From Candidatus Aenigmatarchaeota archaeon (GTDB lineage Archaea; Aenigmatarchaeota; Aenigmatarchaeia; GW2011-AR5), in assembly GCA_016184005.1 (NCBI GenBank), contig JACPDL010000001.1, positions 829 through 64,828 on the forward strand: a DNA stretch of 64,000 nucleotides, read 5' to 3'. The position numbers and the translations under genes are program-made. Shown here piece by piece: positions 8,208-16,675 of the stretch (the stretch's first letter is position 1; each line of letters begins with the position of its first letter). Under the pieces are notes generated by a model, which saw only the letters and a program-made list of their open reading frames with translations, was not told the origin of the DNA and made no database searches.

Positions 8208-8260
8208 GAAGCGGAATCGAAGATTCCGCTTGTACACAAAAACCAATGTTTTTGTTGTAC
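8208..8260. repeat. Two mini-hairpin modules, each bounded by TAC, interrupting the family-1 box
   Basis: The sequence is ccgaTAC[gaaGCGGAATCgaaGATTCCGCttgTAC][aCAAAAACcaatGTTTTTGttgTAC]ctccg. Uninterrupted copies read ccgaTACctccg. Confidence 0.75.
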
Positions 8261-8272
8261 CTCCGAATATTA

Positions 8273-8312
8273 GAACCCATCATGTTATATTTAATTTAAC
8301 CGGTTCCAATAC
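8273..8312 (-). repeat. Family-1 box, copy b (tandem duplicate about 104 nt upstream of copy a)
   Basis: GAACCCATCATGTTATATTTAATTTAACCGGTTCCAATAC, followed by the same GAAGCGGAATCGAAGATTCC module. Confidence 0.7.
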
Positions 8313-8467
8313 GAAGCGGAATCGAAGATTCCATGTGCACGCACAAATCTTTGACTTGTACTGTACTTCCGAAGATTTCCAATATTTCCAGCAGAAGCAT
8401 TCTCATATTGTAAAGCTTATAAAGTTAAGCATGAATAAAATCTATTCAACAGATTGAGGTATGACTT

Positions 8468-8719
8468 ATGGTACATGCTGGGGTAAAACTTGTAATTGGT
8501 TTATTGATACTATTTGCCGGTATATACTGGTATGCGGCTGATTTTCTGAGGCTGCCAGGATTTTCAGTGCTCGGCACAGAAGCATGGATGGCACTCAAAA
8601 CAGTATTCATCGGCGTCTTCGGCCTGTTTCTTATTTTCGTTGGAGCAATAGTTGCCTGGATTGAATATGAAGACCTGAAATGGGAACGCAGGGAAAAATC
8701 TGAGAAGAAGAGGAAATAA
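8468..8719 (+). CDS. Small membrane protein (2-3 TM helices, K/E-rich tail)
   Basis: It has hydrophobic segments and a charged C-terminal tail. A TATA-like AAGCTTATAAAG lies about 50 nt upstream. Confidence 0.45.
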   Translation: MVHAGVKLVIGLLILFAGIYWYAADFLRLPGFSVLGTEAWMALKTVFIGVFGLFLIFVGAIVAWIEYEDLKWERREKSEKKRK

Positions 8720-8740
8720 ACCTTTGACGGAGGATTCTGA

Positions 8741-8968
8741 ATGGTAACGTTTGAAACATTAAAATCTGAGGAAATAAAGTTCGGGAACAACAATTTTCTG
8801 GAAATAGCAAGGAAAAAGGCAATTTCTGACGACGGAGAGAACGAGTTTATTTCTATAAGCCGGGGCTTCATAACACCGAACGGCGAAAAACGCTACAGGA
8901 AAAACTTTACATTGCCATTAAATTCTGAAGTCATTGATTTTGTTGTAGAGAACCTGAAGAAAGTATAA
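8741..8968 (+). CDS. Small hypothetical protein (weak resemblance to the PC4/YdbC-like ssDNA-binding fold)
   Basis: It is 75 aa. The pattern FGNNNFLEIARKK...GENEFISISRGF...GEKRYRKNFTLP loosely recalls YdbC/PC4. This is not verifiable without a profile search. Confidence 0.35.
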   Translation: MVTFETLKSEEIKFGNNNFLEIARKKAISDDGENEFISISRGFITPNGEKRYRKNFTLPLNSEVIDFVVENLKKV

Positions 8969-8978
8969 ACCAGCATCA

Positions 8979-9022
8979 GAACCCATAATATTAAATTCAA
9001 TTAATCGGTTCCGATACCTCCG
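8979..9022. repeat. Family-1 box, copy c
   Basis: GAACCCATAATATTAAATTCAATTAATCGGTTCCGATACCTCCG starts 10 nt after the stop codon of 8741..8968. Confidence 0.8.
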
Positions 9023-9045
9023 AATAATTCCTGATCTTTTTTCAG

Positions 9046-9321
9046 CTACCATTCGCCAAGATATCTTATTATTTCTGTCTGCAGTTGCGCAGCCCTTTCC
9101 CAGAGGGTGTCATCTTTATTCCCCTGCTGCCTGATTTCATCGTGTACCGCAGGGCAGGAAATAACGCGGAAAAGGTCAAGCTCGTTGGACGGGTATGTGG
9201 TTCTCCCTTCATCGGAAAGAAAGCGGGGATCGTCCATTATCCTTGTGTACGCTGTTCTGATCCTTTTGTACTCCATTTCTGCCTCTTCCGGCGTTAGCAT
9301 TGGATCGAAAGAGAGTTTCAT
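9046..9321 (-). CDS. Hypothetical protein
   Basis: A 91-aa ORF with no recognisable motif, lying downstream of the coiled-coil gene on the same strand. Confidence 0.4.
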   Translation of the reverse strand: MKLSFDPMLTPEEAEMEYKRIRTAYTRIMDDPRFLSDEGRTTYPSNELDLFRVISCPAVHDEIRQQGNKDDTLWERAAQLQTEIIRYLGEW

Positions 9322-9361
9322 CTTCCACCTTAATAATTCATGTTAACAAAATTTATAAGGT

Positions 9362-10702
9362 TCACTTCTTTTTCCTTCTCATCTGCCTGTCCATCTTATC
9401 CACCTTTTTGCTCATCCTCTTTATAAGTTTTAGCGTTTCTGCCTGTTTCTTGGATATTTTTGCAGCGTCCTTCTTCTGCTTGTCTATCGCTTTCTGGACT
9501 TTCTTGACCCTGCCGTCGACCTGATCGATGTCATCATACAGCACGTCTCTTAGGTTTTGCAAATCACCAACTTTCCTCATTGTTACATTCAGTATGTCAT
9601 CTGTTTTTTTGTCAACTTCTTCTGCAGTCTCCTTGAGCTTTATCGAACTGGTTTCAAGCAGTTGGATGTTTTTTTCCATCATTTCTTTGGAGACGCCTAT
9701 GTCAGAAAGCATTATGCTCAGGTACTGGTTCCTTTCAAACACATCGTTTCTCAGGTCCCTCAGGTTATCCTGCAATGTTCCAAGCAGAACTGCGCTCTGT
9801 TCTATAGCAGCCCGTGAGGCGCCATAGCTTTCAACCATATTGCCCAAGCCTGCAGATTTCTCTTCCAGCAGCGGTGCCAGCTGTGACAGCGTTTCCATGG
9901 CTGAGGCAAGCGTCATGTTCCTCTTCTCTATATCTTCAACGCTTTCCTTGAGCCTTATCGAAGATGATTCGAGGCGGCTTGCACTTATGTCTGTCATGTC
10001 GCGCGAGAGAGCAATCTCGGAAATAAGCAATTTCATATCATCGTTCTTTTGCAGGACATCAGAGGCGATCCTGTCGAGCTTTTCCTGCAAAGAAGCGAGT
10101 GAAGAGGAGCTTTTCCGGATATTCTCGTCGGCTTCTGCAATGCCTTCAGCAGCCGCGCCGAAATTTTTTGTGCGCTCTTCCATCATTTCTGCCAGTGAAG
10201 AGATGTCCTTTGCCATAGCAAGCATTATTTCATTTCTCTGCTCAGTAACCTTGGACACGTAGTTTATCCGCGGCATGAGTTCCTTTAGCTCGGTTTCGGT
10301 TTCCCTGAATGCAGAGGTTGCGTAATCAATTTCTGTTGTTTTCGCCCTGAAATTGTTAAGAGCGCCTTCAAGGCGGGAAATAGTAAGTGCCATGTCCTCT
10401 GAATGATTCTCAGCTTCCTTGAGCCTGTTTTCAAGAGCAGGCATGGAATCCAGCTTTTCCAGCCGCTGGTTCTGGAGCTCAAGTACATTCTTGATGTCTA
10501 CAAGGCTGTCCCTGACCGCACTAAGCATATCAAGCGTTGGCGAAGCCTCAGAAACCTTATCCTCAGAAAGCACTTTCTGAGATGTCAAAGAATCCAGGAT
10601 TCTTTGGGCATCCAGGAGCACGCGCACATATTCCTCCTCAACAGCTGTGATGTCAGAAGGCAGTTCTTCAGTCAAGCGCGGCCTTGTCGGCAATTCTTCC
10701 AT
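9362..10702 (-). CDS. Coiled-coil protein with an internal ~100-aa duplication and a K-rich tail
   Basis: It is heptad-rich throughout. The two repeats share ...L.LQ(E/D).L...(R).DV..(K/R)N....S(R/K)(D/E)M...LE(S/T)SSI(R/K)LKE(S/T).E(D/E).(E/D)K. Confidence 0.7.
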   Translation of the reverse strand: MEELPTRPRLTEELPSDITAVEEEYVRVLLDAQRILDSLTSQKVLSEDKVSEASPTLDMLSAVRDSLVDIKNVLELQNQRLEKLDSMPALENRLKEAENHSEDMALTISRLEGALNNFRAKTTEIDYATSAFRETETELKELMPRINYVSKVTEQRNEIMLAMAKDISSLAEMMEERTKNFGAAAEGIAEADENIRKSSSSLASLQEKLDRIASDVLQKNDDMKLLISEIALSRDMTDISASRLESSSIRLKESVEDIEKRNMTLASAMETLSQLAPLLEEKSAGLGNMVESYGASRAAIEQSAVLLGTLQDNLRDLRNDVFERNQYLSIMLSDIGVSKEMMEKNIQLLETSSIKLKETAEEVDKKTDDILNVTMRKVGDLQNLRDVLYDDIDQVDGRVKKVQKAIDKQKKDAAKISKKQAETLKLIKRMSKKVDKMDRQMRRKKK

Positions 10703-10824
10703 AAAGGTGATTCAGTTGCAATTATTTTAAACCTTTCAGCGATAAAATAAGAAGCACAGAACCATTACAATTGCATAGCGAACGGATATAAAACTTTTCA
10801 CCCATAAATAAGAATAGAGCGCCC

Positions 10825-11331
10825 ATGTTTTCTCCAAAAATCTACGAGTCCTGGAAGGATATACAGAGGCAGAAATATGAGAGCATTCTCAACATCCTGG
10901 GAAAGGATTTCCTGAAAGGGCTCTTTTCCGGGAAGCGCGTACTTGATCTTGGAATAGGATTCGGATATTTCGAGGGTTTTCTGGAAGAGAATAAAATAAA
11001 AGCAAGAATTATAGGGCTTGACAGGGACCAGGAAGCAGCCCAGAAATGCAAAGTACCCCTGATCATCGGCAACGCAAACAGGCTTCCATTCAAGAACGAG
11101 GCATTCGACATACTCTTATCCATTGATTCATTCCACTCAATAAAAAGCGGAGATTTCTCAAGGGTCGTGAAAAAGAAAGGTTTCGCACTGATAACAATGT
11201 TCTTCAACGACTATACTTACGAAAAGACACGCCAAGACCTGGAAGACAAGCTCGTGGGATTTGAGATTGTTTGCGCCTTTGAAATTCGCGGCAAGGAGAG
11301 CGAGTACGTGGTTTTAGCAAGGAAAAGGTAG
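10825..11331 (+). CDS. Class I SAM-dependent methyltransferase
   Basis: Motif I is VLDLGIGFGYF, and a later acidic or aromatic motif is FDILLSID. Confidence 0.7.
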   Translation: MFSPKIYESWKDIQRQKYESILNILGKDFLKGLFSGKRVLDLGIGFGYFEGFLEENKIKARIIGLDRDQEAAQKCKVPLIIGNANRLPFKNEAFDILLSIDSFHSIKSGDFSRVVKKKGFALITMFFNDYTYEKTRQDLEDKLVGFEIVCAFEIRGKESEYVVLARKR

Positions 11332-11344
11332 TTTCACTTAATTT

Positions 11345-11413
11345 CTTTTTCCAAGGTTTTTCTTCAAGCGACTAGACGCACAAAGTGCGTCATTTCCTTC
11401 GAGAAAAAGCTTT
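11345..11413 (-). terminator. 3' element after argS: AAAAAGCTTTTT palindrome, a GACGCACnnnGTGCGTC hairpin, and the shared motif GAAAAACCTTGGAAAAAGA
   Basis: It starts at the argS stop codon. The flanking motifs recur at 63140..63176 after the LamG gene stop, but without the inserted hairpin. Confidence 0.5.
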
Positions 11414-13087
11414 TTACATTCTTTCCAGGGGCTTCATGCCCAGGAGCCCCAGGCCCGTTCTCAGGACAATTGCCACGCACGAAACAAGGACGAGCAGTTC
11501 TTCTTCCCTCTCGGTACCGACAACACGCTTTGCATGATAGAATTCATTGAAAAGCGTCGCCAATTCGAACAGGTATTTTGCAAGATAGTTCGGCTTCATT
11601 TCATGGGCGCTTTTCTTGATGATCCACGGAAACCCTGAAATCTTCTTGATTATTGATATTTCATCGTTCTCAAAAATAATTTTCTTTGACGGCTTTTTCC
11701 TGCTTTTCTGCAGTATTGATCTGGCCCTTGCATATGTGTACTGCAGATAAGGACCTGTGTCGCCCTCGAAACTTATCGCCTGGGTTGCATCAAAAAGTAT
11801 GTCCTTAACAGGCTCAATCTTCAGCATGTAATATTTTGCAGCTGCAACTGCTATGGCTTCTGCAATATCGGATTTTGCCTTTTCATTATACTTTTGTTTG
11901 TTGAGATATTGCTCAAGCACTTCTTTTTTCAGCTCATCAAGAAGCCACTCGCCTTCAATTACTTTGCCCAGGCGTGATGACATCTTTCCTTCCTTAAGGC
12001 TGACCCAGCCGTAAACAAGATGGAACTGCTTGCCGCCAAATTTTTTAGGGTTAAGCTGTTCCTGCACTTTCAAGGTCCCCGCAAAGAAACTGGCCTGCTC
12101 GGGGCCTGCGACATGCACGCATTTGTCTATCTTTCCAAATTCTGAAAACTCCAGTTCTGCAAGCGCAAGTTCCTTCGCTTCGTAAGTGGGAAAACCCAGC
12201 TGGTTCACGAAAACCCTTTTGTCCAGGCCATGTTTTTCGCCGTCAAAAATCAGGGCGCCTTCGCTTTTTGTCAAGACTCCTTTCTTCAAAGCCTGTTTTG
12301 CTATTTTAAGCCCCGGCGCAGCAACTTCAGATTCGAAATACAGCCTGTCAAAGCTTGTATAGAGGCGTTTGTATATCCTGTCGAAATATTCAAGGCTCCA
12401 TTTCCTTGTTTCTTTCCACAATTTCATTATCTTCGGGTCTTTTTCGTAGAGTTTTTTGTTTATTTCAATAATCTCTTTTCTGGCGTTCTCGTCTTCTTCG
12501 TAAAGGCTGCTGCCTCTTGCATAAGCTCCTCCAAGAAATCTGATCTTCTCATCCAGCGACGAGAACTTTTTCATGCCCTTCAGCCTGATTCCATAAAGGC
12601 ATTTTGCAATATGCAGCCCCACGTCGCCCTGATAGTTGGCGCGTATAACCCTGCTCCCTGAGAATTCCAGTATCCTCGAGAGCGTTTCGCCTACAGTAAT
12701 ATTTCTAAGGTGGCCGATATGAAACAGCTTGTGGGTGTTTGGATGGGCGAATTCAACTATAATCTTTTCTTTGGCTTTTCCCCGGCCGTAGTTTTCCTTA
12801 TTCTTCAGAATATCCCTGACAATTTCATTTCCAATCGCGTTCCAGTCCGCATAGAAATTGACGTATGGCCCCGACGCCTGCACAGATTTTACCAGCCTGG
12901 ATCCATGCATTTTAGAAGAGATTTCTTTTGCAATGTCAGACGCAATCTTTACTGGATCCTTGTGCAAGGTTTTTGCCAGAGGAAAGCACGGCAAAGCAAT
13001 GTCTGCTTCCTGATTTCTTGGGACTTCCAGATGCACTGCACGAGTCCCGCACAGCTTCTCGACCTGCATGCGGAATTTGTTGAACAT
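11414..13087 (-). CDS. argS: Arginine--tRNA ligase
   Basis: It has the class I motifs HIGHLRN and GKMSSRLG, and the length is typical of ArgRS. Confidence 0.95.
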   Translation of the reverse strand: MFNKFRMQVEKLCGTRAVHLEVPRNQEADIALPCFPLAKTLHKDPVKIASDIAKEISSKMHGSRLVKSVQASGPYVNFYADWNAIGNEIVRDILKNKENYGRGKAKEKIIVEFAHPNTHKLFHIGHLRNITVGETLSRILEFSGSRVIRANYQGDVGLHIAKCLYGIRLKGMKKFSSLDEKIRFLGGAYARGSSLYEEDENARKEIIEINKKLYEKDPKIMKLWKETRKWSLEYFDRIYKRLYTSFDRLYFESEVAAPGLKIAKQALKKGVLTKSEGALIFDGEKHGLDKRVFVNQLGFPTYEAKELALAELEFSEFGKIDKCVHVAGPEQASFFAGTLKVQEQLNPKKFGGKQFHLVYGWVSLKEGKMSSRLGKVIEGEWLLDELKKEVLEQYLNKQKYNEKAKSDIAEAIAVAAAKYYMLKIEPVKDILFDATQAISFEGDTGPYLQYTYARARSILQKSRKKPSKKIIFENDEISIIKKISGFPWIIKKSAHEMKPNYLAKYLFELATLFNEFYHAKRVVGTEREEELLVLVSCVAIVLRTGLGLLGMKPLERM

Positions 13088-13211
13088 AAAACTCTAGTGC
13101 CGAGGGTCTTTTTAAGCATTGGCACTAAAATCCTTTCATGTATTGCAAGCTTATGACGCAGCCTTAAGGCATCTGCAGCATCATTAGCTATCTCTTTTTC
13201 CAGGTTTTGTC

Positions 13212-14189
13212 ATGAATCTAAAAAAAGCTAGAAAAAATATATTGAAAAAATCCGGCAGGATGGAAGGTTTACATATCAAAGGATATGATTTCTCTAAAAA
13301 CTTCAACATGGAGCAATTCCTTAATTCTTACAGAACTACAGGCTTCCAGGCAACGCAGCTGCGGCTGGCAATAGACATCATCAAGGAAATGAAAAAGGAA
13401 AAAGCAACGATATTCCTAGGATATACGTCAAATATGGTATCTTCCGGGCTTCGGGAGATAATAGCTTATTTGGCAAGGAAAAAGCTTGTTGATGTTCTTG
13501 TCACCACAGCCGGCGGCGTGGAGGAAGACGTGATAAAAACCTTGAAGCCGTTCTTGCTCGGCAGCTTTCACGCAGATGATAGGCAACTGCGCAGCCAAGG
13601 TGTAAATCGTATAGGCAACATCTTTGTGCCAAATGACAGATACATCGCATTCGAGAAACTAATGATGCCATTTTTTGAGAGACTCTACAAAAATCAGTCA
13701 AGCGGTCAAATTATTTCATCTTCTGAATTCACATGCGAACTTGGAAAGGAAGTACATGATGAAAACAGCATACTATACTGGGCTGCAAGAAATGAAATCC
13801 CCGTTTTTTGCCCGGCCCTGACTGACGGAAGCATAGGCGACATGCTTTACTTCTTCATGAATTCGCACCCGGATTTCAAGCTGGACATAGCTTCAGATAT
13901 CGTCAAAATAACAGAAATCGCGATGAACTCGAAGAAGACAGGCGCCATAATTCTCGGCGGTGGACTGGCAAAGCACCATGTGATGAACGCCAATCTGTTC
14001 AGAGGCGGCGCTGACTATGCTGTCTACATTTCCACAGGCAGCGAGTACGACGGATCAATGGCAGGCGCAAGGCCCAGCGAAGCCGTATCATGGGGCAAGA
14101 AGAACCTTTCAGGCCGCAGCGTCCACGTCGAAGGCGACGCGACGATTATATTTCCGCTGGTTGTTGCTGGAGTGCTGACAAATATTTAA
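13212..14189 (+). CDS. dys: Deoxyhypusine synthase
   Basis: GGGLAKHHVMNANL...GSEYDGSMAGARPSEAVSWGK is the characteristic DHS C-terminal region. Confidence 0.95.
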   Translation: MNLKKARKNILKKSGRMEGLHIKGYDFSKNFNMEQFLNSYRTTGFQATQLRLAIDIIKEMKKEKATIFLGYTSNMVSSGLREIIAYLARKKLVDVLVTTAGGVEEDVIKTLKPFLLGSFHADDRQLRSQGVNRIGNIFVPNDRYIAFEKLMMPFFERLYKNQSSGQIISSSEFTCELGKEVHDENSILYWAARNEIPVFCPALTDGSIGDMLYFFMNSHPDFKLDIASDIVKITEIAMNSKKTGAIILGGGLAKHHVMNANLFRGGADYAVYISTGSEYDGSMAGARPSEAVSWGKKNLSGRSVHVEGDATIIFPLVVAGVLTNI

Positions 14190-14212
14190 AGATTACAAGA
14201 AAATATTTTATT

Positions 14213-14428
14213 ATGAGAAAGAAAAGGAGAGCAGTCAGAGATTCTTTTGGGAATGTCAGTCATTATACGAATGCAAAAACTATAGGTCTAAGACACTTAT
14301 TGACAGGAAAAATAGTTAAACGAATAAACAAAAAAGAAGCCGCTAAAAGAGGGATTTATACTAGGACTTATACGATAAATGATACGATTCGGAAAAGAAA
14401 GAAGAGAGCCACCAACAATTTATTATAA
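14213..14428 (+). CDS. Possible small basic protein (71 aa)
   Basis: This is the in-frame ATG-started sub-ORF of track ORF 14090..14428. It is Lys/Arg rich with no motif, and may be non-coding. Confidence 0.2.
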   Translation: MRKKRRAVRDSFGNVSHYTNAKTIGLRHLLTGKIVKRINKKEAAKRGIYTRTYTINDTIRKRKKRATNNLL

Positions 14429-14436
14429 TTTCGTGA

Positions 14437-15597
14437 TCATCTCCCTGCCTTTATCGATATAATGTCGCCGTTTTTGAGTCTGTGGTCAGAAGCGATACTT
14501 TTCCTTGTCCTGGCATCTAAAGCCGAGATGAATTTCTTTCCGATGTCTTCATGAACTTTGTATGCAAGATCAAGCGCCGTGGAGCCGTTTCTTAGCAGCA
14601 AGGCGTCTGGCAGAACATCACCCTGCTTATTTGAAAGCTTGTGCTCGTTTTCGACCGGGTAGACGACTATCATATCAAGCAAGCCAAAAACAGTCTTGTT
14701 TATTGCTTCCTGCACGCCTGTGGAACCAAAAACAGAAAGGACATGTGTTGTAATGAATTCCAGGGCCTTCATCCGCTTTTCGTCTATATTCTGAACAATC
14801 TCAAAACTATTCTCTCCGGGCATGTAATTTATAGCGCCTATTTTAGCAGCTTTTCTCAGGGCCAGTTCAGCTTGCGCTGAACACGGGACGATATTGTATT
14901 TCTCCTTGAGGCTCTGATAAATTTCATTAGCGCCTTCGATATCTATCTTATTCCCGGCAATCAGCGCAGGTTTGGATTTTTCCATGAGCAATCTCAGGAA
15001 TCTTCTGAATTCTTCATCAGAAGAATCCGGCTTGAGGTTTACGCCTTTGATCAATTCTTCTATAAGCTGAAAATTCACTTTTAACCCGGATAACTGCTTC
15101 TGAACCATTGCTGTAAAATCTGCATGTTTGGTAAAACCGCGCTTTAATACATCAAGCAGCCACAACTCAATTTCTTCCTGAAAAAAAAGTATATCGCTTT
15201 CCGGGCTGTGCGTTCCAGGCGGCACCTGATTGCCATTAATGTCTGTCGAGCCGGAAATGTCTACAACATGAATGATTGCATCTGCTTCCATGATGTCGGA
15301 AAGAAACTGGTTTCCAAGGCCTTTGCCAAGATGTGCCCCAGGAACAAGTCCTGCTATATCAACAAGTTTGACAGGTATCAGCCTTGTGCTGTCTATGCAT
15401 TTAGAATTCTGCGGATTGCATTTCACTTTCAGTTCTTTGCAGGGGCAGACTGCTCTGACAAATGTCACGCCACGGTTCGGTTTTATTGTCGTGAACACAC
15501 GGTTGCTTATTTCTGCATCGACAAGCGTAGATGCGCTGAAGAAGCTTGTTTTCCCGACATTGGTCTTTCCGCAGACTGCTATTTCCATGATTACCAT
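14437..15597 (-). CDS. OBG/YchF-Drg family GTPase with a C-terminal TGS domain
   Basis: G1 is GKTNVGKTS, G3 is DIAGLV, G4 is GNKID, and the C-terminus DGDIISIKAGR is TGS-like. An alternative start is at 15588 (MEIAVCG). Confidence 0.85.
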   Translation of the reverse strand: MVIMEIAVCGKTNVGKTSFFSASTLVDAEISNRVFTTIKPNRGVTFVRAVCPCKELKVKCNPQNSKCIDSTRLIPVKLVDIAGLVPGAHLGKGLGNQFLSDIMEADAIIHVVDISGSTDINGNQVPPGTHSPESDILFFQEEIELWLLDVLKRGFTKHADFTAMVQKQLSGLKVNFQLIEELIKGVNLKPDSSDEEFRRFLRLLMEKSKPALIAGNKIDIEGANEIYQSLKEKYNIVPCSAQAELALRKAAKIGAINYMPGENSFEIVQNIDEKRMKALEFITTHVLSVFGSTGVQEAINKTVFGLLDMIVVYPVENEHKLSNKQGDVLPDALLLRNGSTALDLAYKVHEDIGKKFISALDARTRKSIASDHRLKNGDIISIKAGR

Positions 15598-15617
15598 CTT
15601 TTTGTAATATTCTTAAT

Positions 15618-15663
15618 AGGGAAAAGAGATTAGAAAGAGAAAAACCGTAGGTTTGTTCTCTTC
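15618..15663 (-). terminator. Family-4 hairpin with a T-rich tract, directly after the NUDIX stop codon
   Basis: The minus strand reads AAGAGAACAAACCTACGGTTTTTCTCTTTCTAATCTCTTTTCCCT. The same element is at 18909 and 20676. Confidence 0.65.
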
Positions 15664-16068
15664 TTACCATCCAAGAATATCTTTCAATATTTTCCTGTGA
15701 TCAGCGGCAAGTTTTGCTGGTAGTTTCTCCAACGGGAAGAATCTTGCATCTGTTGCATCGTCCATGCCTTTAATGCCTGCAGGATTTTTTGCCCTGGAGA
15801 TGAAAACAAGGGAAATGAGATGCCCTCTTGGATCGCGTTTAGGGTTGCCGTAGGCAAAAACATTCTTTTTGTCTTTCAGTGTTATGTTCAGGCCTGTTTC
15901 TTCCTTGGCTTCGCGTATTGCTGCCCTGTAAGGTTCCTCGCCGTATTCGATGAAACCGCCAGGAAGTGCCCACATGCCTTTGAACGGCTGTTTTTTTCTT
16001 TTTACCAGCGCTATGCTGTTTTCGTGCAGTATAATCACGTCTACTACCGGGAGTGGATTTTTATACAT
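15664..16068 (-). CDS. NUDIX hydrolase
   Basis: Nudix box GGFIEYGEEPYRAAIREAKEETGL. Confidence 0.85.
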   Translation of the reverse strand: MYKNPLPVVDVIILHENSIALVKRKKQPFKGMWALPGGFIEYGEEPYRAAIREAKEETGLNITLKDKKNVFAYGNPKRDPRGHLISLVFISRAKNPAGIKGMDDATDARFFPLEKLPAKLAADHRKILKDILGW

Positions 16069-16112
16069 GTAATTTCTATAATCTTCATGGTTTTAAATTT
16101 GGGGTTTAATCT

Positions 16113-16568
16113 ATGAAGCTCTGCTCTGTATGCCTTAACAGCGACATCCTTTGCAGCGGGTGCCAGAGAAAAATGGAGAATGGGCTCATAAGCAAAACGG
16201 ACGTAGAAGTAAGCAGGGCTCTGGAAAAAACTGTCAATGTGAAAACTGATTTTGTGCGTGCAACAGAACACAAAAGCCAGTTAATTATAGTTTGCGAAAA
16301 GAAAGATGCCAAGCTGATCATAGGCAGGGGCGGCAAAAACGTCAGGGAGATATCAAAACTTCTCGGAAAAGGCGTTAGAGTTATAGAGAATTCAGGCGAG
16401 AAAAAAATGCTAGAGGATATACTCGGCGCTCCTGTTGTTGGAATAAACATAGTTTATCCTGACGAGATCAGGAGAATAAGAATAGACAAGAGATTCAGGA
16501 AGCTGAGGGCAGACCCAGTCCTGCTGGAAAAGATAATGGGCAGCAAATATAATATAACATTTGAATAA
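16113..16568 (+). CDS. Zinc-ribbon plus KH-domain protein (archaeal NusA-like)
   Basis: CSVC...CSGC at the N-terminus, and the KH GxxG motif IGRGGKNV. Confidence 0.65.
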   Translation: MKLCSVCLNSDILCSGCQRKMENGLISKTDVEVSRALEKTVNVKTDFVRATEHKSQLIIVCEKKDAKLIIGRGGKNVREISKLLGKGVRVIENSGEKKMLEDILGAPVVGINIVYPDEIRRIRIDKRFRKLRADPVLLEKIMGSKYNITFE

Positions 16569-16672
16569 GTCGAGAACCTAGGTTCTCATCCTTATGCTCA
16601 AAGACATCGTAAATGTCTTTGGCATCTCAGAAAGCTTTGCTTTCTGAAGATCAACCTCCTCTCCTATTCAAG
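16566..16672 (+). repeat. Family-2 composite element beginning with the stop codon of 16113..16568
   Basis: TAAGTCGAGAACCTAGGTTCTCATCCTTAT + CAAAGACAtcgtaaaTGTCTTTG + CTCAGAAAGCtttGCTTTCTGAag + ATCAACCTCCTCTCCTATTCAAG. Confidence 0.85.
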
Positions 16673-16675
16673 AAT

